Origin: an uncultured euryarchaeote
GTDB taxonomy: Archaea; Thermoplasmatota; Poseidoniia; Poseidoniales; Thalassarchaeaceae
Direction of reading: 5' to 3'
DNA: 64,000 bases
Assembly (NCBI GenBank): GCA_937911265.1
Contig: CALDRG010000064.1
Span: 8,350 to 72,349, forward strand
The position numbers and the translations under genes were made by a program. Below are positions 49,289-58,758 of this stretch, in pieces. Each line of letters starts with the position of its first letter. The first letter of the stretch is position 1. The notes under the pieces were generated by a model that had not been told where the DNA came from, did no database searches, and saw only the letters and a program-made list of their open reading frames with translations.

Positions 49289-50305
49289 ATGGAGCATCGT
49301 TCGTACATGAAACAGCACGTTACAGCGCCAGCACTGGCTGTCGCAATGCTGCTCGCCGTCCTCACGTGCAGCCTGCCAGCGTCTGCCCAAGCGCAATCGG
49401 AAACAGTAGAATTAGTTCTGATTTCCTCTCATCAGCACGATTCGGAAGCTTTCACACAGGGGCTCGAGATGCATGATGGATCACTCTACGAAAGCACTGG
49501 ACTGTACGGACACTCCAGTCTCAGAGAGATCGATCCATTGAGCGGTCAGGTAATCCGTCAGATCGAACTTGACGAGTCGCTGTTCGCAGAAGGCATTACG
49601 GTCGTCGGCAACAGTATCGTGATGCTGACTTGGAAGGAGGGCGTAGCACTGGTCTTCGATATCGAATCGTTGACCGTGATCGCCAATCACACCTACTCGG
49701 GAGAGGGCTGGGGGCTGTGCTACGACGGAACCCACCTAGTGATGTCGAACGGGACTTCCGAATTAGCCTTCAGGAACCCGGAAGACTTCACGTTGGTTTC
49801 AATCCTGAGGGTGACTGACCAGGGCAGCGAAGTGAGCCTGCTCAACGAGCTTGAGTGCGTCGGTCAGACGGTGTACGCCAACGTATGGGGCAGCGATTCC
49901 ATCATCGCCATCGACAAGAGCACCGGTGAGGTCGGACTGACTATCGACGCCTCGATGCTCGCTGAGAACGAATCAGACGGCTACAACAACGTCCTGAACG
50001 GGATTGCCTATGTCTCAGAGCAGGATGCATTCCTCATCACAGGCAAGAACTGGACATCCATGCATCTGGTGTTGTTCGGAGATACTCAGGATACTCAGGA
50101 GGAAGAGCCTCTAGAATCTCTGGCCATATCCATCCTGAAGTCGATTTGGCCAGTTCTGCTGATTGCCGTTCTGGTGGTCTTCCTGAGTTCGCTCCGCTTC
50201 TTGAGTACGATTATGCAGTTCCTCATACTGATGGTAGTTAAGCGGCAGAGTGAACAGCCGCCGATGTCCAGCGAGGAGGAGCAAGAGGCGGGTGAGAGAC
50301 AGTGA
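49289..50305 (+). CDS. Glutaminyl-peptide cyclotransferase (beta-propeller type), secreted with C-terminal TM anchor
   Basis: Signal peptide; HDSEAFTQGLEMHDGSLYESTGLYGHSSLREIDPLSGQV is the plant/bacterial glutamine cyclotransferase signature; start moved downstream of the ORF-track start to remove overlap with the protease gene. Confidence 0.7.
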   Translation: MEHRSYMKQHVTAPALAVAMLLAVLTCSLPASAQAQSETVELVLISSHQHDSEAFTQGLEMHDGSLYESTGLYGHSSLREIDPLSGQVIRQIELDESLFAEGITVVGNSIVMLTWKEGVALVFDIESLTVIANHTYSGEGWGLCYDGTHLVMSNGTSELAFRNPEDFTLVSILRVTDQGSEVSLLNELECVGQTVYANVWGSDSIIAIDKSTGEVGLTIDASMLAENESDGYNNVLNGIAYVSEQDAFLITGKNWTSMHLVLFGDTQDTQEEEPLESLAISILKSIWPVLLIAVLVVFLSSLRFLSTIMQFLILMVVKRQSEQPPMSSEEEQEAGERQ

Positions 50306-51051
50306 GCGAGGCGAACGGCGACGAGTTCGAGGATTACAGTGCCATGGAACTGTGGCTACACGATCTCTCTGTAGACTCAGCTACCAGAGTGGCTGGGGCG
50401 CTGATGATATTCATCGGGAGCCTTCTCGGAGTCCTTCTCGGAATCGCTCTAATCTCGACGAATGTGGGTGAGATCCTAGCAGGGCAATTGGATGGTTCGG
50501 ACGGGTTGGCTGATGTCGACGGAATCGTCAGTACCGCACTAGAGGACAGCACCACAGGAGGCGAACCAGTAGAGGGAGTCAGAGTGAGCATACTCGATTC
50601 CGATGAACTTGAGATCGGTCACGATTTCACTGACTCCGGAGGTCGGTTTTCAATAGATGACGTGCCCAGACGGACATCCACCTTGTTAGTTGATCATCCT
50701 GGGAACCGAACCGTCAGGATCATCCTCGTACCGGGTGACCACGCGCAGATTTCCGTCTCACTGATGCTTGGCGACGGACTCGACGAGTACGATATGTCCG
50801 GAGAGAGCCATCTCAGTGAGTCGGTACTAATCGGCTCCACCATAGCAGCCCTCACCCTTTTGGCCGGGCTGGCTGGCATGGTAGGGGGTCTCGAGGCTTA
50901 CCGAGGCGACCGCTACCAGCGAACCTGGTGGCTGTCGTTCTTCGGACTCTGGAGCCGAGGCATGCTGTTCGTAGGCCCTATGTTCATTCTATTGGGGATG
51001 GGCATGGCCCATCTCGCGAGGGATCAGTTCACCGACCACAGAGAGGAATAA
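50302..51051 (+). CDS. Membrane protein with extracytoplasmic carboxypeptidase-regulatory-like beta-sandwich domain
   Basis: TM1, then GVRVSILDSDELEIGHDFTDSGGRFSIDDVP (CarbopepD_reg-like), then 2 C-terminal TM helices; ATGA overlap with the upstream gene. Confidence 0.45.
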   Translation: MSEANGDEFEDYSAMELWLHDLSVDSATRVAGALMIFIGSLLGVLLGIALISTNVGEILAGQLDGSDGLADVDGIVSTALEDSTTGGEPVEGVRVSILDSDELEIGHDFTDSGGRFSIDDVPRRTSTLLVDHPGNRTVRIILVPGDHAQISVSLMLGDGLDEYDMSGESHLSESVLIGSTIAALTLLAGLAGMVGGLEAYRGDRYQRTWWLSFFGLWSRGMLFVGPMFILLGMGMAHLARDQFTDHREE

Positions 51052-51065
51052 CTCGAGGTTTGCCA

Positions 51066-52406
51066 GTGTATCTGATTACTATCGAAGGAGGCGATGGCAG
51101 CGGCAAGGGCCTCGCTACGAAGGTGATTTCGGAAGTGCTGGACAAGGAGTTCTCGTTCACTTCTGTCGAGGCCACTGGAGAGCCGCGCAGGGAACACCCT
51201 CTAGGCCGTCTAGCCATCGAATCGGTCCGCAAGCAGACAATGACTCCCAAGCAGGAGGCCGGACTGTTCGCCGCCGATAGGGTCGACCACTCGCACGGCT
51301 GGATACTGCCCCGTCTGGAGGAGGGTAGGGCAGTGGTCAGCGAGAGGAACATTCACTCTTCATTGGTATACCAAGGAGTTGTGGGAGGGCTCGGTGTCGA
51401 CAGAGTGGCGCACATGAACTCGGCGGCACTAGTCCCTGACCTCTGCATCTGGGTTGACTGCGACCCCGAGGTGGCACTGAGGAGAATCAAGCGAGGCACA
51501 CTGAGAGCGTTAACCGAGAAGGAGGAGTACTTCGAGACCTCAGAACTGCAACAGAGAATCAGAGAAGGTTACACTTCGTTGCTATCCGGTGAGATAGAGA
51601 TGCCCACGCCGTTCGACATGGGCGCGGTGATTGGCCCCATTCTGAACGAGGGGACTGAACGGGAGTTCCGGCACGAACTGACCCGCAGAATAAGGAAGTT
51701 CGTACACTCTAGGCCAAAGCCGCTAAATGTCAGGATGGAGGTCGTCGAGAGAAACTTCCTGCGCAAGTTGTTGAGGGCCTCAAAGGGACAGGCCACACTC
51801 TCTGGAATCGGAGTGGAACCGTTCAGCGAGAGTTTGAATTGGCCTGACGGTTCAGCGCCATGGCGGATTCTCAGGGACGCCCAATCGGAGCACGATGCTG
51901 TACTGGAGGAGATAAGCGAAGAATCTAGGGTCGATGTGCCTCTCAGCATCTTTTCCCATTCCATGTCTTCGATATGCGGCACACTCGCCCTGTTGCCTTC
52001 AGCCGATATCTCCGAACTGCGCCAGGCACTCGGGCCGGTGAGAGCTGTCTCCGAGCGCCACACCCAGAGGATAGTCAAGTTCCTCCACGAGCGAACCGAT
52101 TGGGTGCACAAGCACAAGGCACTCGTGGGCAGGGACGCTCCGAGGTCTCACTTGAAGCAGCGTTATCGCATGTTGGGAGTGACGATACTCACCATCTGGC
52201 CACTCAGAGATGCGATTCGTCGATGGATGTCAGATAATCCCGAGGCTCATCTCAGGTTCGCGATGGGTCAAATTGTCAGGTCGGGCGAGCATCCGTCCGC
52301 GGTTAGGGATTCACTGGAGAGGATAGCGCTGTTGAGATTAGGAACGGAAAACTCCTCTCTTCCCGCCGGAGCGAGCGGCCTCGTATCTTGGTGGCAGGGC
52401 AAGTAG
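51066..52406 (+). CDS. Thymidylate-kinase-like P-loop kinase with about 250-aa C-terminal extension
   Basis: ITIEGGDGSGKG P-loop, DRV...SSLVYQG (the DRY/AYQG region of Tmk), DLCIWVDCDPEVALRRIKRG lid-like region; putative GTG start immediately after the upstream stop; C-terminal 250 aa of unknown function. Confidence 0.5.
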   Translation: MYLITIEGGDGSGKGLATKVISEVLDKEFSFTSVEATGEPRREHPLGRLAIESVRKQTMTPKQEAGLFAADRVDHSHGWILPRLEEGRAVVSERNIHSSLVYQGVVGGLGVDRVAHMNSAALVPDLCIWVDCDPEVALRRIKRGTLRALTEKEEYFETSELQQRIREGYTSLLSGEIEMPTPFDMGAVIGPILNEGTEREFRHELTRRIRKFVHSRPKPLNVRMEVVERNFLRKLLRASKGQATLSGIGVEPFSESLNWPDGSAPWRILRDAQSEHDAVLEEISEESRVDVPLSIFSHSMSSICGTLALLPSADISELRQALGPVRAVSERHTQRIVKFLHERTDWVHKHKALVGRDAPRSHLKQRYRMLGVTILTIWPLRDAIRRWMSDNPEAHLRFAMGQIVRSGEHPSAVRDSLERIALLRLGTENSSLPAGASGLVSWWQGK

Positions 52407-52412
52407 GGGTAA

Positions 52413-53162
52413 TCACTTCAGTATCAGCCTTGCATTGGCCGGCAGCAGGACCGAAGCAGAATCGTCATCGAAGTACTTCGTTCTGGCACACAACGCTGCG
52501 GAGAACCACCATCCTAAGACTATACCAGCGGTGAGTCCGGTTATCACTCTGAGGGGGTTGTTGGACTCATACTCAGTGAGCATCTGCGTGAAGCCGTCGA
52601 CAGCCATCGGCACGAGTCCGATACCGATTATGGCTAGCACGGCCAGCATCCTCCGGTCATCTAGGTAGATGAATTCTAGTCTGCTATCAGGGAACACCGA
52701 TAGAAAACTGTCCCGAATGGTCCAGCGATTGAGCCCGCGCCAACCGAACAGCGCGGCCCCGATAGCCAAGCCGAGAAATATTCCGACATCCCGCGTGCAC
52801 ACCGGCATCTGGTTACCGTTAATCTCCCAGGACCTCTCATGCTTCTGATGGCAGTTCAAGTCCCCAAAGCCGTAAACGAAGGCCCATGCCGGGTTAAGTT
52901 CGGTCCAAGAGAAAGTTCCTCCGTGCGCCGATTGATCATGACCCAGAGCTGAATCCTCACCGTGGTCCTGATTGCCCCAACTGCCATCTGTGGCGTAGTC
53001 CATGGCGTTGGCCCTGCCGGAGAGTTCTGGAACAGTTCCCTCGAGTATCATCACTGGGGCGATGAAGCACAGCAGCAGATACCCTCCGGTTATTGCCGCT
53101 ACGACCCTACTAACACTCATTTCCCTAGTTCTGTCACTCAGTCCATTGGCTAGAGACGACAC
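52413..53162 (-). CDS. DUF2085-family membrane protein
   Basis: FGDLNCHQKHERSW ... PVCTRDVGIFLG matches the DUF2085 CHQ/ERSF/C-x-R signature. Confidence 0.6.
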   Translation of the reverse strand: MSSLANGLSDRTREMSVSRVVAAITGGYLLLCFIAPVMILEGTVPELSGRANAMDYATDGSWGNQDHGEDSALGHDQSAHGGTFSWTELNPAWAFVYGFGDLNCHQKHERSWEINGNQMPVCTRDVGIFLGLAIGAALFGWRGLNRWTIRDSFLSVFPDSRLEFIYLDDRRMLAVLAIIGIGLVPMAVDGFTQMLTEYESNNPLRVITGLTAGIVLGWWFSAALCARTKYFDDDSASVLLPANARLILK

Positions 53163-53186
53163 GTCTCTCGCATCGAAGACCTACTG

Positions 53187-54038
53187 ATGAACTATGCCAT
53201 ACGGTCATTTTCGATACCCTCGCACTCTTTTGAGCAAGCACTCACTCCGCTCTGTATGGGTGACCTGAACTACCGTGATGCGGCATGGCTCGGCATAGTG
53301 GTCGGATCCATGGTCGCGGTAATGGCGACGTTCATCGCTATCTTCCTCAGCGGGTTAGACAGTCCGGAGGTCATGAGCTCTCTGCGCTCCGGTCTCGTGG
53401 CAGGGCTCGCGGCAACTGTAGTCGTGACCACTTTCGCATATTACAGGTTGCGTGAGACGTCCCGCCCTGGTAGGGACCCCGAGGCCATAAGGGAGCAGGA
53501 GGTCACGAAGGTCAGAGCCATTCTGGCGATAATTGAAGAAAGAGTCTCCGATTCAGGTCGTGGTACTTGGACTGTAGAGGAACAAGTGAGGCGAGACAGG
53601 GGGGTCTTGGTGGTGGACCTGCATGGACTTGACGCCCCTTCTGCAGCCGCTCTGACAGACAGACTGCTTGAGCGCAGGTCAGACCTCGGCCGGCTGAAAC
53701 TGGTCACAGGCAGGGGAGAGGATACTCACCCGGGATCGGCAGACCCTGGAATTAGGCCTGCTGTCATGCAGCGGCTAAAGGTCGGGGCGCAGAGTGCTGA
53801 GTGGCAGGTGATACAGAAGTCGAGTTCGGTTACTCTCAGACCGATGGGCAGGGCACCCACCTCCAAGCAGTGGCTCGGGCGATTCGTGGTTTTCGTAGTC
53901 CCGATGACAGGCGCCATGACTCTCGCTTTCAGAGACCTAGCAGGAACGGGGATGGAAATGCAGGGGATGACTTTCGGTGCCGCTGCGGGACTCCTAATGA
54001 CTACGCTTCTATCTGGTTACAGGGACCGCTCAGCCTAG
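53187..54038 (+). CDS. Membrane-anchored Smr-domain protein
   Basis: TM helices at both ends; central VLVVDLHGLDAPSAAALTDRLLERRSDLGRLKLVTGRGEDTH matches the Smr domain pattern (DLHG...GxG.HS). Confidence 0.5.
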   Translation: MNYAIRSFSIPSHSFEQALTPLCMGDLNYRDAAWLGIVVGSMVAVMATFIAIFLSGLDSPEVMSSLRSGLVAGLAATVVVTTFAYYRLRETSRPGRDPEAIREQEVTKVRAILAIIEERVSDSGRGTWTVEEQVRRDRGVLVVDLHGLDAPSAAALTDRLLERRSDLGRLKLVTGRGEDTHPGSADPGIRPAVMQRLKVGAQSAEWQVIQKSSSVTLRPMGRAPTSKQWLGRFVVFVVPMTGAMTLAFRDLAGTGMEMQGMTFGAAAGLLMTTLLSGYRDRSA

Positions 54039-54215
54039 GGGTATCCAGGAACTCCCTCGCAGCACGCCTCGACCACTCTGCAGCAGCGTGGGCACTCCAT
54101 GTGTTGGCGCAGGGGGATGGCCCTGCCTCTGAAACCACATTGACACGAGATGTCTTCGCAGTAGTCAACGTCCATGGGTCGGGCTTGGTAGTGCGGCTCA
54201 AATCAATTACTGCCC

Positions 54216-55319
54216 TCAGATGTTCGAGTCGCGTAACTCTGAGTCTAGGAGCCCAACCAGCCAGTCGTGCAACGAGTCACTACCCATTTCGGAGAGAGTT
54301 GAGTTGAGGAAGGCGGCGATTAGGGCGCTTCTGGCCTCAGAGGGGTCGAAACCCCTCGACTCAAGGTAGAAAACCTGGTTCTCGTCTAGCGGCCCGTTGG
54401 CCGTGCCGTGCCCGCAACCGACGACCTCGTGCTCCAGCACCTCTAGCTCCGGGATAGAGTCCGCTTCGGCGTTACCCGAGAGCAGCAGGTTGTGAAAGAT
54501 CTGAGCGGCATCCGCTCCACGTGAGCCATCGGCGACCCTAAGCATCCCCGTCCCGACAGTCCTGCTATCGCCACCGCACGCTGAGTTCCATGTGAGCCGG
54601 CTGAAAGTTTCGGGGGCATCGTGGTGTATCTCCACATGGTGGTCTATGTGCATCGAGTCTACAGAGAATATCGAGCCGAGGACCCTGAGGTTGCCTCCCG
54701 GCTCCCCCATCCTGTAACGCAGGTCCGCCTTGGTCCGCTCGGAGCCAGAAGAGACAGTCCCTGCGCGCACCTGCGCGTCCCTGCCGATTGCTATCGAATC
54801 GACACGGAGCAAAGTACCCTCGTCCTGCAGGCAGACGACCACGTCATTGAGGATGGCTCCGGCTCCGATTTCCCCGGTGCGCAGAAGACCGAACCACTTG
54901 CCAGAACCCCTCACCCGCGTAATCAGCTCCAACTCGGACAATCGTCCAACATCGAGTGAGAGATGCAGGATCGATGACGAATCCTTCACATCGATGTCGA
55001 GAACCACAGGGTCTTGCGAGGTGAAGCCGGGCTCGATGCGAAGGATCCACTGTGAATTCGCCGAGGCTGCCTGCAGGAATGAACCCGTGACTATATCGCC
55101 CTCCGGAAGTCCTGATACAGACATCACCCCTTTCTCCAGGCGTATCCCCTCTGGAGCATCGCCTCCATCGAGACCGCCGAGCCTGAGTTGGGGCGTTCCA
55201 ACATCAGGGATGCTGGTGATGTCACCGGTTGGGTGAATCCTGCGCCATGGCGTATATTTCCAGAGATGGCTGGACCTAGTGGGCTCGTCAAGAGACAGGT
55301 ACTCTGCGGTGGAATCCAA
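54216..55319 (-). CDS. sufD: Fe-S cluster assembly protein SufD
   Basis: Beta-helix SufB/D-family C-terminal domain; position downstream of sufB. Confidence 0.8.
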   Translation of the reverse strand: MDSTAEYLSLDEPTRSSHLWKYTPWRRIHPTGDITSIPDVGTPQLRLGGLDGGDAPEGIRLEKGVMSVSGLPEGDIVTGSFLQAASANSQWILRIEPGFTSQDPVVLDIDVKDSSSILHLSLDVGRLSELELITRVRGSGKWFGLLRTGEIGAGAILNDVVVCLQDEGTLLRVDSIAIGRDAQVRAGTVSSGSERTKADLRYRMGEPGGNLRVLGSIFSVDSMHIDHHVEIHHDAPETFSRLTWNSACGGDSRTVGTGMLRVADGSRGADAAQIFHNLLLSGNAEADSIPELEVLEHEVVGCGHGTANGPLDENQVFYLESRGFDPSEARSALIAAFLNSTLSEMGSDSLHDWLVGLLDSELRDSNI

Positions 55320-55333
55320 TGGCTCACCCCGGA

Positions 55334-56746
55334 TCAGCCTATGCTGCCTTCCATCTCGAGGGCCATCAGCTGGTTGAGCTCGACTGCGTATTCCATCGGT
55401 AGTTCACGGACGAATGGCTCGAAGAACCCATTGACTATCATTGCGAGCGCCTCGTTTTCTGAGTGGCCGCGGCTCATCAGGTAGAACAACTGGTCGTCGC
55501 TCACCTTGCTGACCGATGCTTCGTGTTCGCAGCGGCAAGAGGGGTTCTTGATCTCCATCGTGGGATAGGTATCAGATTGGCTTTGATCGTCGAGAATGAG
55601 TGCGTCACAGACGACGTTCACCTTGCAGTTTTCTGCCTTCTTGCTCACCGACACCAAACCCCGGTAGCTCCCGCGGCCGCCATCCTTGGCGATGCTCTTG
55701 GAGAGGATCTTACTGGTGGTGTTCGACGCTAGATGATGCACCTTCGCCCCGGCGTCCTGATGCATTCCTTCGCCCGCGTAGGCTACGGAGATGACTTCGG
55801 CGTGCGCCCCCTCTCCCTTGAGAATCACTGCTGGGTATTTCATCGTCAACTTCGATCCGATGTTGCCGTCGACCCATTCGATAGTCGAGTTCTCGTGTGC
55901 GATGCCCCGCTTGGTGACTAGGTTGTAGACATTGTTCGACCAGTTCTGGATTGTGGTGTAGCGGATGTATGCTCCGGGCATCGCAATGAGCTCAACGACG
56001 GCACTGTGCAGTGAATCGGTAGAGTAGGTGGGGGCAGTGCAGCCCTCAACGTAGTGAATCGACGAGCCTTCATCGGCGATTATCAGCGTGCGTTCGAACT
56101 GACCCATGTTCTTGGCGTTGATGCGGAAGTAGGCCTGCACCGGCATCTCGACGTGAACCCCCTTGGGGACGTAGATGAACGAGCCTCCCGACCATACGGC
56201 GGTGTTGAGCGCGCTAAACTTGTTGTCTTGGTAGGGGATGATGCTGCAGAAGTATTTCTTCACGATGTCCTCATGCTCACGGAGGCCACTATCCATGTCG
56301 AGGAAGATGACGCCCTGCTTCTCAAGATCCTCGCGAATACTGTGGTAGACGGCCTCCGACTCGTACTGTGCTGTCACTCCCGAGAGCCACTTTTGCTCGG
56401 CCTCAGGTATGCCCAGTTTGTCGAAGGTGTTCCGGACGGCCTCGGGAACATCATCCCAGTCATTCTCCGTGCCTTCGCCCGAGCGTAGAAAGTAGCAGAT
56501 CTCATCGAACTTAATCGAGTTGAGCAACTCGGTGGAACCCCATGTGGGCATCGGGCGCTCCATGAAGTGGCGGAACGCCTTGACGCGGATGTCGGTCATC
56601 CACTGCGGCTCCTCCTTAATCGCCGAGATTTCTCTGACGACCTGCTCGGAGAGTCCAAAGTCGAAGCGGATTGTGGAGTTCTCCGGGTCGTGCCATCCAG
56701 CCTTGTAGTCTCCGACGGCCTCCTGTGCTACCTGGTTGACTGGCAT
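55334..56746 (-). CDS. sufB: Fe-S cluster assembly protein SufB
   Basis: 470 aa; conserved SufB core including the Cys-containing CRCEHEA region. Confidence 0.9.
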   Translation of the reverse strand: MPVNQVAQEAVGDYKAGWHDPENSTIRFDFGLSEQVVREISAIKEEPQWMTDIRVKAFRHFMERPMPTWGSTELLNSIKFDEICYFLRSGEGTENDWDDVPEAVRNTFDKLGIPEAEQKWLSGVTAQYESEAVYHSIREDLEKQGVIFLDMDSGLREHEDIVKKYFCSIIPYQDNKFSALNTAVWSGGSFIYVPKGVHVEMPVQAYFRINAKNMGQFERTLIIADEGSSIHYVEGCTAPTYSTDSLHSAVVELIAMPGAYIRYTTIQNWSNNVYNLVTKRGIAHENSTIEWVDGNIGSKLTMKYPAVILKGEGAHAEVISVAYAGEGMHQDAGAKVHHLASNTTSKILSKSIAKDGGRGSYRGLVSVSKKAENCKVNVVCDALILDDQSQSDTYPTMEIKNPSCRCEHEASVSKVSDDQLFYLMSRGHSENEALAMIVNGFFEPFVRELPMEYAVELNQLMALEMEGSIG

Positions 56747-57540
56747 TATGCTATTCCCTCCACTTCAGTCTTCGAGTCCAACCACTCGTAACCTCGCTCT
56801 TCTAGTTTCGTAGCGAGCTCAGGGCCTCCTGTGGCAACTATCTGACCTCCTATCAGGACATGGATCTTATCTGGCTGGACATGCTCAAGAATGCGCGAGT
56901 AGTGCGTGATGATGAGTGCGCCTGAGTCAGTTCCCCTGACGGCGGCGTTAATTCCTGCCGCGACAGTCTTGATGCCGTCTATGTCGAGGCCGCTGTCGGT
57001 CTCGTCCAATATGGCCAACTTGGGTTTGAGCAGGAGCAGCTGCAGTATCTCGAAGCGCTTTTTCTCGCCGCCGCTGAAACCGTCGTTGACGTATCTGGAG
57101 AGGAAGCTCCGAGGCATGTCGAGGGTATCCATGGCCTCATTTAGCTCGCTCCTGAAAGCGGCACCCTTCGCGGCTTCCTCTCCTCTGACGCTTGCTACCG
57201 ACTTCCTGAGAAAGTTGCCGACTTGAAGGCCGGGGACTGCTTGTGGGTACTGGAAGGACAGGAACACGCCCTTTCGTGCCCTCTCCCACGGCTCGAGCTC
57301 CAGAAGGTCCTCTCCGGAGAGCAGGACCTGCCCGGCCTCGACCTTGAAATCGGGATGCCCCATGATGATGTTGGCAGCTGTAGTCTTCCCGCTCCCATTC
57401 CTCCCCATTATGGCGTGTATCTCCCCTGGGGCGATGCTGAGATCGATGCCCTTCAGTATCTGAATATCGTCGATTCCGGCATGCAGATTTCGAATCTCCA
57501 ATAACGCCTCGATATCAGACTCGCCATGTCCCATGGGCAT
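56746..57540 (-). CDS. sufC: Fe-S cluster assembly ATPase SufC
   Basis: ABC ATPase: Walker [10 protein letters not shown], signature FSGGEKKR, Walker [11 protein letters not shown]. Confidence 0.9.
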   Translation of the reverse strand: MPMGHGESDIEALLEIRNLHAGIDDIQILKGIDLSIAPGEIHAIMGRNGSGKTTAANIIMGHPDFKVEAGQVLLSGEDLLELEPWERARKGVFLSFQYPQAVPGLQVGNFLRKSVASVRGEEAAKGAAFRSELNEAMDTLDMPRSFLSRYVNDGFSGGEKKRFEILQLLLLKPKLAILDETDSGLDIDGIKTVAAGINAAVRGTDSGALIITHYSRILEHVQPDKIHVLIGGQIVATGGPELATKLEERGYEWLDSKTEVEGIA

Positions 57541-57617
57541 GTTCCTACACAGGCCCCTTTTGAATGTCTGCTTTATTTTTAGGTCACCCTAAAATCAGAT
57601 ACCCCATCCAGCCAATC

Positions 57618-58115
57618 ATGACAGAGGACGAAGACACCCCTACTCCAGTCTCCGACACCATCGAAGAGGCCTATCGCGCACAGATTGGAGCGGCAATGGA
57701 GAAGGAGGCTCAGAGGAGAGTCACAGAGTCTCACGACCCGGAGGAGATTGCCCGTCTGGAAACTCTCTCTGTAGTCGACCTCTTCGAGACAGACGACAGT
57801 GACCTTGTCCCAGCGCTGATGGCACGGCTCGGTCCCGTCAGGGCGGCCTTGGATGGACATGGAGGGGAACTGGTCGTGGCGCGCGCGTCCATAGAGGTAC
57901 TGAATAGCGGCAGTAGAGTGCTTTCGCTAATCCTCGACTTAGACGGGGCCTGCGTGTCTTGCGGGGCCGCACCTGGTACCCTGAAGGGGATTCAGGACGA
58001 CTTACTGATGGACTCTGAGATTATCGCCGTGCGTTTCACCTCGGCGATGTTGGAGTGGTTTGACGAATTGCAACGCGACTTCGTGCTCAAGCACGGTGGC
58101 GTAGTTTTCGTTTAG
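57618..58115 (+). CDS. NifU/Nfu-like Fe-S scaffold domain protein
   Basis: LDLDGACVSCGAAPGTLKGI CxxC motif of the Nfu C-terminal domain; divergent to the suf operon. Confidence 0.65.
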   Translation: MTEDEDTPTPVSDTIEEAYRAQIGAAMEKEAQRRVTESHDPEEIARLETLSVVDLFETDDSDLVPALMARLGPVRAALDGHGGELVVARASIEVLNSGSRVLSLILDLDGACVSCGAAPGTLKGIQDDLLMDSEIIAVRFTSAMLEWFDELQRDFVLKHGGVVFV

Positions 58116-58750
58116 TTCAGAGCTACGAGCAGCGCGTCGATGGCCGCAGGTGCGAATCCAAGCACAGTGACCTCGTGCCCCTCTACCAGATCTGCGTTAG
58201 CCCTAGCTTCTCCGGCTAGGTCGTAGGCGCCTGCCTTCCCGACCCAAGAGTCACTGAGAATCAAATCGGCCAGAGTGTCCGTAGATAGGTCGGCGAACTC
58301 GACGATGGCCGACTCCGTCCAGATATCTGCGCTCCACCCTCCGTGCAGGACTTCAGTCCCCTCTCTACCACTCTCCGGCGGCCAGAGCAGGGCGGTTGAG
58401 GACCAGACGCGATGCCTTCGGCCCGACAGTCTGAGCAGCATCGCAGTGGCCGCGACGACATCTCCCGGCTTGCCCATGGCGACGAGAGGATCCTCTGGGT
58501 CCTCCACTAGGGTGTCCGCGACGATGATCAGATCATGAGAAGCCCCCGATATCGCCATCTCACTAGCTGCGGCATTCGCCTTTGCAATGCACGTGTCTTC
58601 GGTCTGCACTCTCACATCCAGTCCGTTGGAGGGAGCGGGCTCTGGCGAGATTAGGGGGCGAGACTCTATTTTGGACTCACCATCGGTTAGGAAACTGCAT
58701 AGCCAGTCGTACCGGCGTTGTGAGGCTGAGGCGAGTAATATCGACGCCAT
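58112..58750 (-). CDS. maf: Maf-like nucleoside triphosphate pyrophosphatase
   Basis: MASILLASASQRR N-terminus and IIVADTLV motif. Confidence 0.7.
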   Translation of the reverse strand: MASILLASASQRRYDWLCSFLTDGESKIESRPLISPEPAPSNGLDVRVQTEDTCIAKANAAASEMAISGASHDLIIVADTLVEDPEDPLVAMGKPGDVVAATAMLLRLSGRRHRVWSSTALLWPPESGREGTEVLHGGWSADIWTESAIVEFADLSTDTLADLILSDSWVGKAGAYDLAGEARANADLVEGHEVTVLGFAPAAIDALLVALN

Positions 58751-58758
58751 CTGAGGCC

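Noticed and set aside
50928-51065. ATG-initiated N-terminal extension of the Tmk-like ORF
   Set aside because: It overlaps the preceding membrane-protein gene by 124 nt in another frame. The Tmk P-loop begins right after an in-frame GTG at 51066, located just past the upstream stop.
54039-54215. 177-bp convergent intergenic region between the Smr-membrane gene and sufD as a possible ncRNA
   Set aside because: No conserved RNA motif or strong secondary-structure signature is recognisable by eye. It is most likely a pair of terminators.
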